Source of the DNA: a virus
Lineage: Duplodnaviria; Caudoviricetes
Virus record (IMG/VR): IMGVR_UViG_3300017766_003100
Coordinates: 128,001 to 192,000 of that record
Reading direction: 5' to 3' (one strand)
DNA: 64,000 nucleotides
The notes beneath the pieces are model-generated. The model did not search any database and was not told the origin of the DNA. It was given only the letters and a program-made list of their open reading frames with translations. A program made the position numbers and the translations under genes. Shown here piece after piece: positions 1-11,338 of the stretch (positions are counted from its first letter, which is position 1; the number at the start of each line of letters is the position of its first letter).

Positions 1-1
1 A

Positions 2-1327
2 AGGGAAACAGTTGTTAATGGTACAACAAAAGTATTCAAAAGGGTAATTACACCAAATGATGTAAGACCATTTTATGAATTATTTTTACCTGAAAGAAAT
101 GTATTGGGTGTTACAAGTGTATTATTGAAAGATGGAACACAATATGCGAGTGTACCATCACCACAAGAATTTCAGGGATTAGATAATAGATGGTATGAGG
201 TTAAGGCATTGATTGATGACAGAGTCTTTATTGAAGACCCAACCAAAGTTTCAGATAACCCAGGTATTAAAGTTGGTAGATATATTCAAACTAATACTAA
301 ATTTATTACAGAATTTACACCTGAAGGATTTTTAAAAATGACTTTTGGGGGTGGAACACAATCAGCTGATGAACAACTTGCTGAGTTTGCAAGAAATGGA
401 TTTAAATTAAATCTATATAAGTATTCTGATAATTTGGCATTAGGTAGTACTTTAAAAGCTAATACAACGTTATTCATCCAATACAGAGTTGGAGGTGGAA
501 CTGGTAGTAATTTAGGGGTTAATGTTATTAATAATATTGGTACAGTTTCCTTTGCAGTAAACGGACCATCAACAAGTGTTAATACAAGTGTTGTTAATTC
601 ATTATCTTGTACAAATGTTACGGCCGCAATTGGTGGTGCAGGAGCTCCGACAACTGAGGAAGTTAGAAATTTGGTTACATATAATTTTGCAGCACAGAAT
701 AGAGCGGTAACAATAAACGATTATGAATCTATAATCAGAGGTATGCCATCAGAATTTGGTGCTCCAGCCAAAGTTTCTGTAACTGAAGAGAATAACAAAC
801 TTAAGATTAAAATGTTATCTTATGATGATACTGGAAGATTGACTGAAATCATATCAAATACATTAAAAAGTAATGTTGCCAATTATTTGTCTAACTATAG
901 AATGATTAATGATTATGTTTCAGTTGAGACTGCGAATGTAATTGATTTAGGGTTTAACATTGATGTGGTTTTAGATAATAGTCAGAATCAAGGTGCATTT
1001 GTTACACAAATAATTGATATTGTTTCTCAGTATATGGACCCAGGTAATAGACAAATGGGACAAAACGTAAATGTGTCAGAAATAAGAAGATTAATTCAAT
1101 CTCAGAATGGTGTATTATCATTATCAGATATTCAAGTGTTTAACAAGGTTGGTGGACAATATTCATCATCACAAACATCACAAAGATATTCTGACTCAAC
1201 AACTCGACAAATTGAATTAATTGATGACACAATCTTTGCTGAACCAAGTCAAACTTATCAGGTTAGATTTCCAAACAAAGATATTGTTGTGAGGGTTAAA
1301 AATCTTAAAACTGTTAATTTTTCTTGA
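2..1327 (+). CDS. Baseplate wedge subunit (T4 gp6/baseplate J-like), 5'-truncated by window edge
   Basis: Frame is open from base 2 (RETVVNGTTKVF...), upstream of the called start at 104. Motifs GG...T.EE.R...FAAQNRAVT..DYE and ANYLSNYRMINDYV are typical of gp6-like wedge proteins. Confidence 0.8.
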   Translation, partial: RETVVNGTTKVFKRVITPNDVRPFYELFLPERNVLGVTSVLLKDGTQYASVPSPQEFQGLDNRWYEVKALIDDRVFIEDPTKVSDNPGIKVGRYIQTNTKFITEFTPEGFLKMTFGGGTQSADEQLAEFARNGFKLNLYKYSDNLALGSTLKANTTLFIQYRVGGGTGSNLGVNVINNIGTVSFAVNGPSTSVNTSVVNSLSCTNVTAAIGGAGAPTTEEVRNLVTYNFAAQNRAVTINDYESIIRGMPSEFGAPAKVSVTEENNKLKIKMLSYDDTGRLTEIISNTLKSNVANYLSNYRMINDYVSVETANVIDLGFNIDVVLDNSQNQGAFVTQIIDIVSQYMDPGNRQMGQNVNVSEIRRLIQSQNGVLSLSDIQVFNKVGGQYSSSQTSQRYSDSTTRQIELIDDTIFAEPSQTYQVRFPNKDIVVRVKNLKTVNFS

Positions 1328-1380
1328 TAATTTATTTATTCCAATTCTTGGTTATCTTTTATTGAAAATAGCAAATAAAC

Positions 1381-1387
1381 TATTTAT
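1381..1387 (+). promoter_or_regulatory. Putative late promoter TATTTAT
   Basis: 16 nt upstream of ATG 1404; recurrent motif before structural genes. Confidence 0.5.
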
Positions 1388-1403
1388 CTAAAAAAGATAA
1401 TTA

Positions 1404-4400
1404 ATGTCCAACTCATATAGAATAAGAACCCAAGTCGGGGTTGATAAGTCAATTAATGTACATTTAGAACAAGATTTTGAATCATTAGAAATCCTTTCAC
1501 TTAAGATATTACAGAGTGAGATTTATACTAGACAATGTGCCGATTATGGTGTTGTTATAGGTAGAATAAGTATTAATAATGGTTTTGGACTTCCAAATTG
1601 CAGGGTTTCAATATTCGTTCCATTAACAACTGAAGATGAAAACAACCCAATTGTTTCTGAAATATATCCATATAAGGCAGTTTCAGATATTAATGACGTT
1701 GGGTATAGATATAACTTATTACCTTATGTAAAATCTTATTCAAATCACGTTCCAACGGGGTCTTTTTTTGATAAGGAAGATATCTTAATTAATCAAAGTT
1801 TTATTGAAGTATTTGACAAATATTATAGATACACCGCAATCACAAATGAGAGTGGTGACTTTATGATTTTTGGTGTACCAGTTGGTGTTCAAACAATTCA
1901 CGTTGATGTTGACTTATCAGATATTGGTGAGTTTTCATTAGCACCGCAAGATTTAATCAGAACTGGTTTGGCTACTGAAGCACAAGTTTCAGGTACAAAA
2001 TTCAAGTCTTCAAGTAATCTTAATGAATTACCACAAATTGTATCTTTAAATAGAGTAATCACAGTTGAACCATTATGGGGTCAGCCTGATTTATGTAATA
2101 TTGGAATCAATAGAACTGATTTTGATTTGTCAGCTGAGGCAAATGTTGTGATTGAACCAACAGCAATTTTTATGGGTTCAATGTTTTCTGATGTAGATAA
2201 TTTAGCTCTAAAAAGTGGTTGTAAACCAAAATTAGCCCAAGGTGAATTATGTAGTTTAGTTACAGGACCTGGTGAAATATTAGCAATACGACAAACAATA
2301 TTTAACGATGATACAGGTAAACCAGTTTTGGAACAATATGAACTTGAAAGTGGGGGGCAAGTTATTGATGATAATGGTACTTGGTTGGTAGATTTACCAA
2401 TGAATTTAGATTATGTTACAACGAATGAGTTTGGTGAAAGAGTTTTTTCAAATGACCCTGAAATTGGTATTCCAACAAGAGGAAAATATAGATTTAAAAT
2501 TAAGTGGAATCAATCACCAAGTTTGGATGATAATGTAAAACGAGCTTACTTTTTAGTTCCAAATGTTAGAGAGTATGGGTGGTCAAACACAGGACCATCC
2601 CCAACAAATTTAACTTTACAGAAAAAATCTTATGCTTTTAGTTTAAGTTGGGATGATTATGCTGACCCACAATCAGCCATTGATGGTGAAGATACTTTTT
2701 ATCAATTCTCATATAATAAAGTTTATACCGTATCACAATTAATTGACCAATATAGAAAGGGAACTTTAGCTAATAGAATAATATCAATTAAAAATATATT
2801 AGATAATAGTTGTGAAACGACAAATAATAAGTTTCCGACTAATGATTCATCATTTAGATGGGATTTTATATACTTGCTTTATACTTTTGCAAGTTATATT
2901 TTTAGACCATTATTAGTTATATTAGTAAGTTTACTTCACTTTTTTTATTTTTTAGTAGGATTGTTAAGAATCGTATTAATACCAATACTTTTAGCTTACT
3001 TAACTTATTTAATAGTAAATCAATCAATACTAATAGGTTTTGCCGCGGCTAATCCATTTACTTTAAATTTACTTCCTGGATTTATAGGTGAATTAGTAAT
3101 ATATATTGTTACCTTTTCAGCATTATTGGCTTTAAATATTTTATTATTTCAAATAAAATTTAGAGGAATAAATTTACCACTATTGTTATATGACCAATGC
3201 GAATTTTGTAAATGTAGTGATGGTGATGAATCAGAAGATAGTGGTGTTAATGGTGGTAGTACAGAATTATTACAAAGTTTTCCAGCACAACAAAACGCAT
3301 CAGGTATTCAAATCACTAACTTTGAAGGTGGAGCGTATAATATTGACTTAATTGAAGATGATATAAATTATGGAATTTATAATCAATTTTTAAGTGGATA
3401 TTTTGTTCAATTAAGGAGTAATAGAGCTAGGTCATATAGTAAAGTTCCAATTAGTATTAATGGACAATATCAATATACTGAAGATGGTTTTGGTAAAGCA
3501 CAATTTTTTACTAGAAGTATTACTTTAGGTGAAAGATTTAATTTATTTAATGTAAAATCAAAATATTTTGATGGAAATTCAGTTACAAATCCAGGTGGGG
3601 GAGTTAATCAAGTATATGTATCTGTTGAACCTATTTTAAATGGGTTACCTTACACCTATAATGGTAATGTGAATCAACCATATATAAATAATAATAATCT
3701 AAAGTATCATACTGATAACGTAATAGTTATGATGATGACACCTGATAGTTTACCACTACTTTCAGGTGGAACTATTTTGAGTTTTGTAAATCCAAATTCA
3801 ACTAAAGATATTAATTATAGTGGGGCTTCATTAAATATATATGATACTAATTCAATTAGTGGTGAAAGTATTTTTGCTAATGTAAATACAACAACAGTAA
3901 ATATTGATGTTCCACATACTTTACCTGATGGAACTAATAGAATTACACAATATACAATTCCAAAACCAAATTCAGGAAATACAAACTATCACAAATTCCC
4001 AACTGATATTGAATATTTCCAAGTAATTACTGCGATGACATATAATGACTTTAATCAAAAAGTAATTTCTGGTAGTGGAGGTGTTTTAGATAATGGATTC
4101 CCAAATAGAGTGTTACAACCCAATATGAGGATAAATATAGTGTATTATGAAGACCCAAGTACAAAAAAAGCAACGTCAGAAGATATACATCCATTAGAAT
4201 CATTAGAGGATTATGAGAATCAAATTATTGTTATATTAAATAGAGGTGTTGACCCATACTCAACTAGAGTCAATATTAGATATGATTTAGGTAGAATATT
4301 TGGTAAACAAGACCCAACCGCAGTTAGTGTTCAAGGTTCGTATAAGTTAAATATACCAATACAAGGTGGATTTAAAAATGTTAGACATAGTGCTATAAAT

Positions 4401-6653
4401 ACACAAACAACACAAGACACTTATTCATCAAGTTATTTATTTTATCCTACATTTGATTATAAACCACTTGGCTTTAGTGCGTATAGTTCAAATTTAACCC
4501 ATTATTATTCTTCATTAGATAGTACTTCCAATCTACAACAAGGACTTGTTAGTGGTGGAGTTATTTGTCAAACTGGAGCACATTGGATAAATTCATATTT
4601 GTCACCTACAAATGGTACTATTACTATAAACAATGATAACCCTTTATTTTCTCAGGGTCAAAATGAATTCATATACAAATATATTGAAATTGGTGAACAA
4701 TTCTATTTAGACTCAACTGACCCAAATATACCAGGAATAAATAGTCCAGCCCCACCATTCACATTAATTGACGAAAGAAGAGGTTATTATCAAGGTGAAA
4801 TTGTTGAAGGTGGGTCAATGATGTCAATAACGGCATCAATAATTAATTTTGGTAGTCAATACTATTATTTTTTAGATACAGCATATAGTAACCCTCAAAC
4901 TTACGAACAAAGAGTATATATTGGTCCAATGTATGATTCGACATTAAGTACTCAATTCGTACTATCTAACGATAGGAGATATGTAATGCGTTCTGATAGA
5001 TTACCAACATCAGATAGATTATTAGAAACTTGTGGTATATCATATAGTTTACAACAAAATCAAAATTTTGCAATATATGTTATACCTGATGAGGGTACAT
5101 TTGATGTCCCAGCTAACACTGGCGGTTCATCTGGTGTGGTACAAGAAAATGATAATGATGATATACCTAATTTTACATCTGAGTTATTACAAACAACTAA
5201 CAATTGTAGAGATAGTAGAAACTTAGCTTGTTATGACTTCGATTCTAACGGACAAATACAAAATCAACAATATCCTGGAGGTGGAAAATATATTGTAAAT
5301 TCAGGACCTTGTCAAGAATTTAGTAATAAACAAATATTTGATAATGGTTGTTATAAATTAGTTACTAAAGTTTTAATATCATTACCTGAAGACATAAGAT
5401 TAATTATTGAATGGGTATCAAGAACTAACATTACTTTTGGGGCTTGTAGAAATGTATTTTCACATTTATTCACTCAAAATTGGGTGAATGGTACATTATA
5501 TGCTTTTGCGTTTAAAAACAATAAATTTTTTGATATTAATAATAATGTACAACCAAATTTTTGTACTGATACTATCTATTATGACCAAGATACTAATAAT
5601 TTTTATTACAGAAGTAGTCCATTTAAAACTGGAACAACAAATAATTTTGGATTTATAGGTAGAATAGCTAACGTTCAACCTAACGATAGAAATTTGTTGT
5701 TTCCGACAACAATAATGGATTTAGGTCCTCGTTCTGATTATTTACAAGAATTAGTGTTTTCTGATGATTATGATGGATATGTAATCAATCGAATTAATAG
5801 TACATCATATCAAGATGTATCAGAACTTTTGAATATATTAATAATAACTAGATTGTTAAATACAAGTTATCGTAGTATATTTAGAGGAACTGCTGGTGGT
5901 AATATTTTTAATTATTTTACTAGAGAAAAATTAACAGTTGATGCCGACTACGCTCAAATGATATCAATTAATTCTGAACTTGGTGTTGTTCCATTTGAAG
6001 CTGAAAATTATCCTAATTTTCCTCAGTTGACACCACCACAATTTGTTATTGACCCTGTTTATTTTAATACTGGAACAAATAAAGACGTTATTTTTGGTAT
6101 TTTTTATTCTTCTGATACACAATTAAGAGATTATATTACACCTAAGAGAACTATTATTAATAGTCAAGGAATATTAAATAATAATTGTGCATTTAACAAT
6201 TTTTATTGTTATTCACAAGAAGTTCCATTTTATCAATGGGAAATAAAACAAAATACAAGTCCATTCCCAAGTCAGAGTATTTTTGGTTCTCAAAAAAATG
6301 ATTGGTATACAAAACCAATAAATGGGTCATTTTTCCATAGCTATAAGTATCAATCAATGGATAGGGCAAATATAAACTCAAGATATTTTAGAACAAATAG
6401 TAGTGTTTTTGCTGGAGATTTCAAAGGATATATATACTCAATCGATAATCCTGTATCAACAACACCACCAACTTCACCATTTTTTACTCAGCCTTCATTG
6501 AACCCCTTGAGGAGTTCTTGGGCGATAAATAATCCAGAACCAACAACAATAACTGTAGGTGCTCCATTTTATTTTTATTTTGGATTAAAAAAAGGAAAGT
6601 CTGCTTGGGATAGATTCGCTAAAAAATGGATAAATTTTGAAAGAATACAATAA
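1404..6653 (+). CDS. Large virion/baseplate-associated protein (1749 aa) with N-terminal carboxypeptidase-regulatory-like beta domain and internal hydrophobic segment
   Basis: GVVIGRISINNGFGLPNCRVSIF and AITNESGDFMIFGVPVG motifs; follows the wedge gene; hydrophobic stretch of about 110 aa. Confidence 0.55.
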   Translation: MSNSYRIRTQVGVDKSINVHLEQDFESLEILSLKILQSEIYTRQCADYGVVIGRISINNGFGLPNCRVSIFVPLTTEDENNPIVSEIYPYKAVSDINDVGYRYNLLPYVKSYSNHVPTGSFFDKEDILINQSFIEVFDKYYRYTAITNESGDFMIFGVPVGVQTIHVDVDLSDIGEFSLAPQDLIRTGLATEAQVSGTKFKSSSNLNELPQIVSLNRVITVEPLWGQPDLCNIGINRTDFDLSAEANVVIEPTAIFMGSMFSDVDNLALKSGCKPKLAQGELCSLVTGPGEILAIRQTIFNDDTGKPVLEQYELESGGQVIDDNGTWLVDLPMNLDYVTTNEFGERVFSNDPEIGIPTRGKYRFKIKWNQSPSLDDNVKRAYFLVPNVREYGWSNTGPSPTNLTLQKKSYAFSLSWDDYADPQSAIDGEDTFYQFSYNKVYTVSQLIDQYRKGTLANRIISIKNILDNSCETTNNKFPTNDSSFRWDFIYLLYTFASYIFRPLLVILVSLLHFFYFLVGLLRIVLIPILLAYLTYLIVNQSILIGFAAANPFTLNLLPGFIGELVIYIVTFSALLALNILLFQIKFRGINLPLLLYDQCEFCKCSDGDESEDSGVNGGSTELLQSFPAQQNASGIQITNFEGGAYNIDLIEDDINYGIYNQFLSGYFVQLRSNRARSYSKVPISINGQYQYTEDGFGKAQFFTRSITLGERFNLFNVKSKYFDGNSVTNPGGGVNQVYVSVEPILNGLPYTYNGNVNQPYINNNNLKYHTDNVIVMMMTPDSLPLLSGGTILSFVNPNSTKDINYSGASLNIYDTNSISGESIFANVNTTTVNIDVPHTLPDGTNRITQYTIPKPNSGNTNYHKFPTDIEYFQVITAMTYNDFNQKVISGSGGVLDNGFPNRVLQPNMRINIVYYEDPSTKKATSEDIHPLESLEDYENQIIVILNRGVDPYSTRVNIRYDLGRIFGKQDPTAVSVQGSYKLNIPIQGGFKNVRHSAINTQTTQDTYSSSYLFYPTFDYKPLGFSAYSSNLTHYYSSLDSTSNLQQGLVSGGVICQTGAHWINSYLSPTNGTITINNDNPLFSQGQNEFIYKYIEIGEQFYLDSTDPNIPGINSPAPPFTLIDERRGYYQGEIVEGGSMMSITASIINFGSQYYYFLDTAYSNPQTYEQRVYIGPMYDSTLSTQFVLSNDRRYVMRSDRLPTSDRLLETCGISYSLQQNQNFAIYVIPDEGTFDVPANTGGSSGVVQENDNDDIPNFTSELLQTTNNCRDSRNLACYDFDSNGQIQNQQYPGGGKYIVNSGPCQEFSNKQIFDNGCYKLVTKVLISLPEDIRLIIEWVSRTNITFGACRNVFSHLFTQNWVNGTLYAFAFKNNKFFDINNNVQPNFCTDTIYYDQDTNNFYYRSSPFKTGTTNNFGFIGRIANVQPNDRNLLFPTTIMDLGPRSDYLQELVFSDDYDGYVINRINSTSYQDVSELLNILIITRLLNTSYRSIFRGTAGGNIFNYFTREKLTVDADYAQMISINSELGVVPFEAENYPNFPQLTPPQFVIDPVYFNTGTNKDVIFGIFYSSDTQLRDYITPKRTIINSQGILNNNCAFNNFYCYSQEVPFYQWEIKQNTSPFPSQSIFGSQKNDWYTKPINGSFFHSYKYQSMDRANINSRYFRTNSSVFAGDFKGYIYSIDNPVSTTPPTSPFFTQPSLNPLRSSWAINNPEPTTITVGAPFYFYFGLKKGKSAWDRFAKKWINFERIQ

Positions 6654-8407
6654 TGGGAAACGTAGATAATTTAAGAGTAGTTTTAGGTTCACTTAGGTAC
6701 AAATCAGCACCTAATACAAACCTATTTTTTCAAGTGCCACTTTTACAAACTCACAAAGAAATGGATGAGTTTGATAGAAGTGTTGATGTATCGTTAGAAC
6801 AAGTTTTTGATGATGAAAGACAAAAATCAGATTTATTTAGACCCACTTGTAAATTCTCATTAATATTCAAGAATAATCTTAGTGGAACAACTAATTACGA
6901 ACCTTTTGAAAACAATCTTTATTACATCAATGCTGAAGTCGCGGCCGCAGCTCAATGTCAATATGGGACATCAACAGCTTGGTCAGGTTATCCTCAATTC
7001 AATGAATTTGATTTTATTAGAAATGACTATAATATATCAGGTTATACAATACCATCAGGTAACACACCACCACATATAAACTTTGTTTCAAAAAGTGCCA
7101 ATTCATACAATTGGAATTTTTATTTAAGTTATCCATATGATAATGTTAATAAACAATTGGAAGTTATTGATGAAAATAATACTTTAATTTCATGGTCAGC
7201 AACAACAGGTATTCCATTTACAATTCAAAAACGAACATCAAATGGTAAACCACTAATCACATTTAATTGTCCTATGAAACATGGATTGAGTGTGGGAGAA
7301 TATGTTTCTTTGAGTATATCTTACAATAATAGAAACACATTCCAAGTTTATACTTTGGGAAATAATTTTTATAACACAGATGAATATTCATTCAATATTA
7401 TAGATACTGGTTTCACTGGGTCAACATTCAATAATGGTGTTATAGGAACACTTAAAAGAATAATTTATCTTTCAAATACAGCTGATACAATATCAAAATA
7501 TTATGTTAGAAGACATAAAATTTTAACAAATCCTGAAGATGCTGTTATGGTCAAAGCTGGATTTGAACAAAATATTTTTGGTTCTAAAAAGAAATATGAA
7601 AGTTCAGGATTTACACCAAATAAAGTGGCGAGGGTTTCAATACTTGAAGGTTCACAATCATATACGTTATCATTTAATTCGGATATTAGAATAAGTCCAT
7701 TATTGGATAACCAAAAACGACCTATAACTGAGTTATTCTTTACAGTTTTATGGAAGGGTTATTTTGGATGGACATTGGGGGTTGATGGTAATAATGACCC
7801 AAGAAAACTTAAACAAGGTTACCAATTTAATTTACCAAATGGGGGTGTACCTACAAATTGGTGGAGTTATACTAATTCAAAATCAAATACGGATTTCACT
7901 TATACCACTTTTACAAGAGACAATTATACCTTTACCTATGTAAATTCTTTAAAATCAGGTGATATTGTTGATGGTGCATTTTGTGAATGGAATGATTATG
8001 AACAAAAAGAAAGAATCATATCACCATTATATCACAAAATAACATACAATTCATCGGTGTTTAACTTAAATGATACCTCAGTGAATACAAATCCTAAAGG
8101 TTATTATTTTGAACCACATTATCCTTTAACAATAAGTGTATATTCAAATTATATTGAAGAAGCACCACCACAAAACAATTATGATATACCAAATTACGCA
8201 TATTTTTCAGTAAATGACAATGCTTTTAAATGGAGAGATATATATTCATATGGATATATTGATACTGCAGGTTTAGGCGTTAACTATCCATTTTTAAATG
8301 GTTCACATTATCCTTATGGTAATTTTATGTTTAGAATCATACCTGAAGGAAGTGACTTTGTTGACCAAACCATAATCGAAGACCCAACTATTGACCCTTG
8401 TGAGTAA
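6653..8407 (+). CDS. Putative virion structural protein (584 aa)
   Basis: Long ORF with TAATG coupling to the previous gene; N/T/S/Y-rich; in tail operon. Confidence 0.55.
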   Translation: MGNVDNLRVVLGSLRYKSAPNTNLFFQVPLLQTHKEMDEFDRSVDVSLEQVFDDERQKSDLFRPTCKFSLIFKNNLSGTTNYEPFENNLYYINAEVAAAAQCQYGTSTAWSGYPQFNEFDFIRNDYNISGYTIPSGNTPPHINFVSKSANSYNWNFYLSYPYDNVNKQLEVIDENNTLISWSATTGIPFTIQKRTSNGKPLITFNCPMKHGLSVGEYVSLSISYNNRNTFQVYTLGNNFYNTDEYSFNIIDTGFTGSTFNNGVIGTLKRIIYLSNTADTISKYYVRRHKILTNPEDAVMVKAGFEQNIFGSKKKYESSGFTPNKVARVSILEGSQSYTLSFNSDIRISPLLDNQKRPITELFFTVLWKGYFGWTLGVDGNNDPRKLKQGYQFNLPNGGVPTNWWSYTNSKSNTDFTYTTFTRDNYTFTYVNSLKSGDIVDGAFCEWNDYEQKERIISPLYHKITYNSSVFNLNDTSVNTNPKGYYFEPHYPLTISVYSNYIEEAPPQNNYDIPNYAYFSVNDNAFKWRDIYSYGYIDTAGLGVNYPFLNGSHYPYGNFMFRIIPEGSDFVDQTIIEDPTIDPCE

Positions 8408-9218
8408 CTATTATTATTTAAAACTTCCGATAACTAATCAAACTATTCAATTACCCATTGAAATACAATGGGATTTTTTGGATAGGTCAGATAGTATTGA
8501 GATTTACCAAGATGAAATTGTAAAACAAGTTATTGGTTCACCTGAAGATTTTGAAATTAAACAATTTACTCACGATGTTGTATCACCACTAAGTCCAAAA
8601 ACTGACGTGAACTATGAGTTTTATTTTTATAACACTGGTTCATCAACAAGTATTTCTGCAACTACAGCATCAACTGATTGGGTAAATTCTTATGTTACTG
8701 AAGGATTTACTACAAAAGAAATATATTATTTTAGTAATCCATTTACAAAATCTTTTTTCAAATTGGATTTCTATGATTCTCCTGACCCAAAAAACCAAAT
8801 AAATTATTTTACAATAATAATACCAACACAACAAGGTTTTACGATGACCACATCAACATCACCAAGTTTACCAAATGTATTGATTAAGAAACCTAAATTC
8901 AAATTAGATTATGTTGGTGATAAAGAAGGGTTTTTTATTTATTGGTTAAGAAGTAGAACATATTTGAATATTGATACTTTTTATATGAGTGCTAAATTTT
9001 TTGATGCAAAAATTGGTGTATTTGTAAAGATGATGAATGAACCGCAATCTTCATTACCCATTGGTGTTGGAAGATTTAACTTTTCGGGTTCTACATATTT
9101 TTATAATAAGGTCGTTTTGGATTACGATGAAAAAACCTATCAAATTTTTAATAGTTCAAATCAAAGAATAGGTTTTGAAAACAACCCAATAAAATGGTAT
9201 GAATATGTAAATCAATAA
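8391..9218 (+). CDS. Putative virion structural protein (275 aa)
   Basis: Overlaps the previous gene; tail operon context. Confidence 0.5.
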   Translation: MTLVSNYYYLKLPITNQTIQLPIEIQWDFLDRSDSIEIYQDEIVKQVIGSPEDFEIKQFTHDVVSPLSPKTDVNYEFYFYNTGSSTSISATTASTDWVNSYVTEGFTTKEIYYFSNPFTKSFFKLDFYDSPDPKNQINYFTIIIPTQQGFTMTTSTSPSLPNVLIKKPKFKLDYVGDKEGFFIYWLRSRTYLNIDTFYMSAKFFDAKIGVFVKMMNEPQSSLPIGVGRFNFSGSTYFYNKVVLDYDEKTYQIFNSSNQRIGFENNPIKWYEYVNQ

Positions 9219-10396
9219 TGCAAGATAGAAATTTTCATATAAGAATTTCACCTGAATTTATCAATGGAGATAAATTTTTTGTTAGGTACAATGCTGGTAA
9301 TTCACCAACTGGTAATACTTTTGACCCTTGTTGTGAAATAACAACCACAACAACCACTCAAAACTATACAGGATTTACAATAGCATATTCAGCATTTACT
9401 GATATACTTTCAGGTGGAACTGATGGTTCATCGTTATTAACTGGATTAACCATACCAATTTTTTTAACCCAAACTGCGGTTGATTTTGGTTACTATTCAG
9501 TATTTGATGGATTTGTTTTACAGAAAGATACAATGTTGAATTTCTTATTTTCAGGTAATTCAATATCACCATATACTTGTTATGTTTACAACACATCCGA
9601 ATTAGAATTTAAAAAATATTTGAGTTTCTCAAATTATTATTTGGATTGGGGAGATGGTACAAATGTTCAAATAATTGGGCCTAATATTCCAATGCCATTT
9701 CAACATACATATCCACCTTCTCCTGCTGAATATACGATAACATTCAGTGGTATGAGTCCTTGGGGTAATAATCTTATTAAGAAAAAGGTATATGTACCAT
9801 TTACTGGAGTCACAATAGATAATCCAAATGGTACGGCATATTTTACTCCACAAGGAGGCAGTTGGTCAGGTTCAGCATTACAATATGATTTTATATATAG
9901 TGGTGATACCACTTGTGAAATTTATCAAGGAGGAAATAATCCTTTCTTATCAGGACCATTAATCATCACGGGATATACAAAGTCCTCAATTGAGGATTTA
10001 AGTCAGTATGGCCCTAAAAGTGGATTATATGGGGGTAAATTCAAGGCAAATCAACAAGTCACAGGTTCTACTGGTGTTGTCGGAATTGTTTATTCAGGTA
10101 ATTCATCATTACCATATACAGCATACACAATTAATGGTATGGACTATTATGATTATGATGATGGTAAAACTATCTTTATAATTTCAGGCGTCACACCAAT
10201 TGATGTTGTATGTTCTGCAATAACCAAACAAGAATTCTTATTAAATGTTGTTGACGAGCCTGAAATTCAATCGGATGTTTACATTGAAAGAGGTAAAAAT
10301 TCGGCATTAGAAAGATTGATGAGACTTGGTGAAGTTGATAATGTTGGGGACTTAACAAAATATGGATACGGATTCTTTAATGTTATAAAAACATAA
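9218..10396 (+). CDS. Putative virion structural protein with PKD-like motif (392 aa)
   Basis: YYLDWGDGT...HTY PKD-like motif; poly-Thr run CCEITTTTTTQ; TAATG coupling. Confidence 0.55.
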   Translation: MQDRNFHIRISPEFINGDKFFVRYNAGNSPTGNTFDPCCEITTTTTTQNYTGFTIAYSAFTDILSGGTDGSSLLTGLTIPIFLTQTAVDFGYYSVFDGFVLQKDTMLNFLFSGNSISPYTCYVYNTSELEFKKYLSFSNYYLDWGDGTNVQIIGPNIPMPFQHTYPPSPAEYTITFSGMSPWGNNLIKKKVYVPFTGVTIDNPNGTAYFTPQGGSWSGSALQYDFIYSGDTTCEIYQGGNNPFLSGPLIITGYTKSSIEDLSQYGPKSGLYGGKFKANQQVTGSTGVVGIVYSGNSSLPYTAYTINGMDYYDYDDGKTIFIISGVTPIDVVCSAITKQEFLLNVVDEPEIQSDVYIERGKNSALERLMRLGEVDNVGDLTKYGYGFFNVIKT

Positions 10397-10402
10397 AAAT
10401 GA

Positions 10403-10409
10403 TATTTAT
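10403..10409 (+). promoter_or_regulatory. Putative late promoter TATTTAT
   Basis: 20 nt upstream of ATG 10430. Confidence 0.5.
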
Positions 10410-10429
10410 TAAAAAACAAATTATAGAAA

Positions 10430-11338
10430 ATGGCAATTGGTAATTATGGTACAATTAGACCCTCAGATGTTTCACCCGAAGATGTTGAAATAATCTTAAA
10501 CTATACTCCATCTAGAGATGAGACTCAGAATTTTGTATTGACGAAATTAGATGCTAAATCAATATTACGACCATATTTTAATAATTCGGACACTGGCGGT
10601 AATGCGGGTGTTGAAATATTAGGAGGACTTTATAATTTAACATTACCTGCTGAACAATTTAATAGATTGGGTATATACACATTAATGATAAGACCAGCTC
10701 AGATAAGAACTACAATATTAGATTGTGGTATATTATCAGCATTACCAAATGTCAAAGGACTTGTAATTGATTTAAATTCAGTTTCAAATGAATATAGAAA
10801 CAAATTTGTTAATCAAGGTTTGGTTGGATTTAGAGTTGAATATTTGAATGATGATGGGTCAAAAATACCTAATTTTTTCAGGATTATTACATCATCATTT
10901 TTTTGTGAACCAGTTGTTCAAAATTTAACAAATACGTCACAAAAATCTGTAAGATACAGATATACAGACTCAAGTACTAATTTAATATTTTGTACTTTAT
11001 CACCATCAACAGCACCAACATACAAACCAAATGCTATTCCTTTTATAGGACAACCAAATCAAAATATAATAATAACTAATACTTTTTTTAATCCGATAGT
11101 TTTGGATATTGAGGTAGCTGAACACGACTTCTCAACATTGGCGATAGGTCTATTTGGTAATCAGACCAAATCTATTGATGATGGTATTTACACACTTTAC
11201 GATAGTGATAATAACATATATAAACAATATAACTTATACGAAATCAGAGACCAATTTAATGACTTACTTTACGAGGTTAGACAAGATAGAGGGGATAATA
11301 TTGATTTCAGTAAAAACTTTACAAATATTACTCAATAA
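10430..11338 (+). CDS. Conserved-looking virion structural protein (302 aa)
   Basis: Long ORF in baseplate/tail operon. Confidence 0.5.
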   Translation: MAIGNYGTIRPSDVSPEDVEIILNYTPSRDETQNFVLTKLDAKSILRPYFNNSDTGGNAGVEILGGLYNLTLPAEQFNRLGIYTLMIRPAQIRTTILDCGILSALPNVKGLVIDLNSVSNEYRNKFVNQGLVGFRVEYLNDDGSKIPNFFRIITSSFFCEPVVQNLTNTSQKSVRYRYTDSSTNLIFCTLSPSTAPTYKPNAIPFIGQPNQNIIITNTFFNPIVLDIEVAEHDFSTLAIGLFGNQTKSIDDGIYTLYDSDNNIYKQYNLYEIRDQFNDLLYEVRQDRGDNIDFSKNFTNITQ

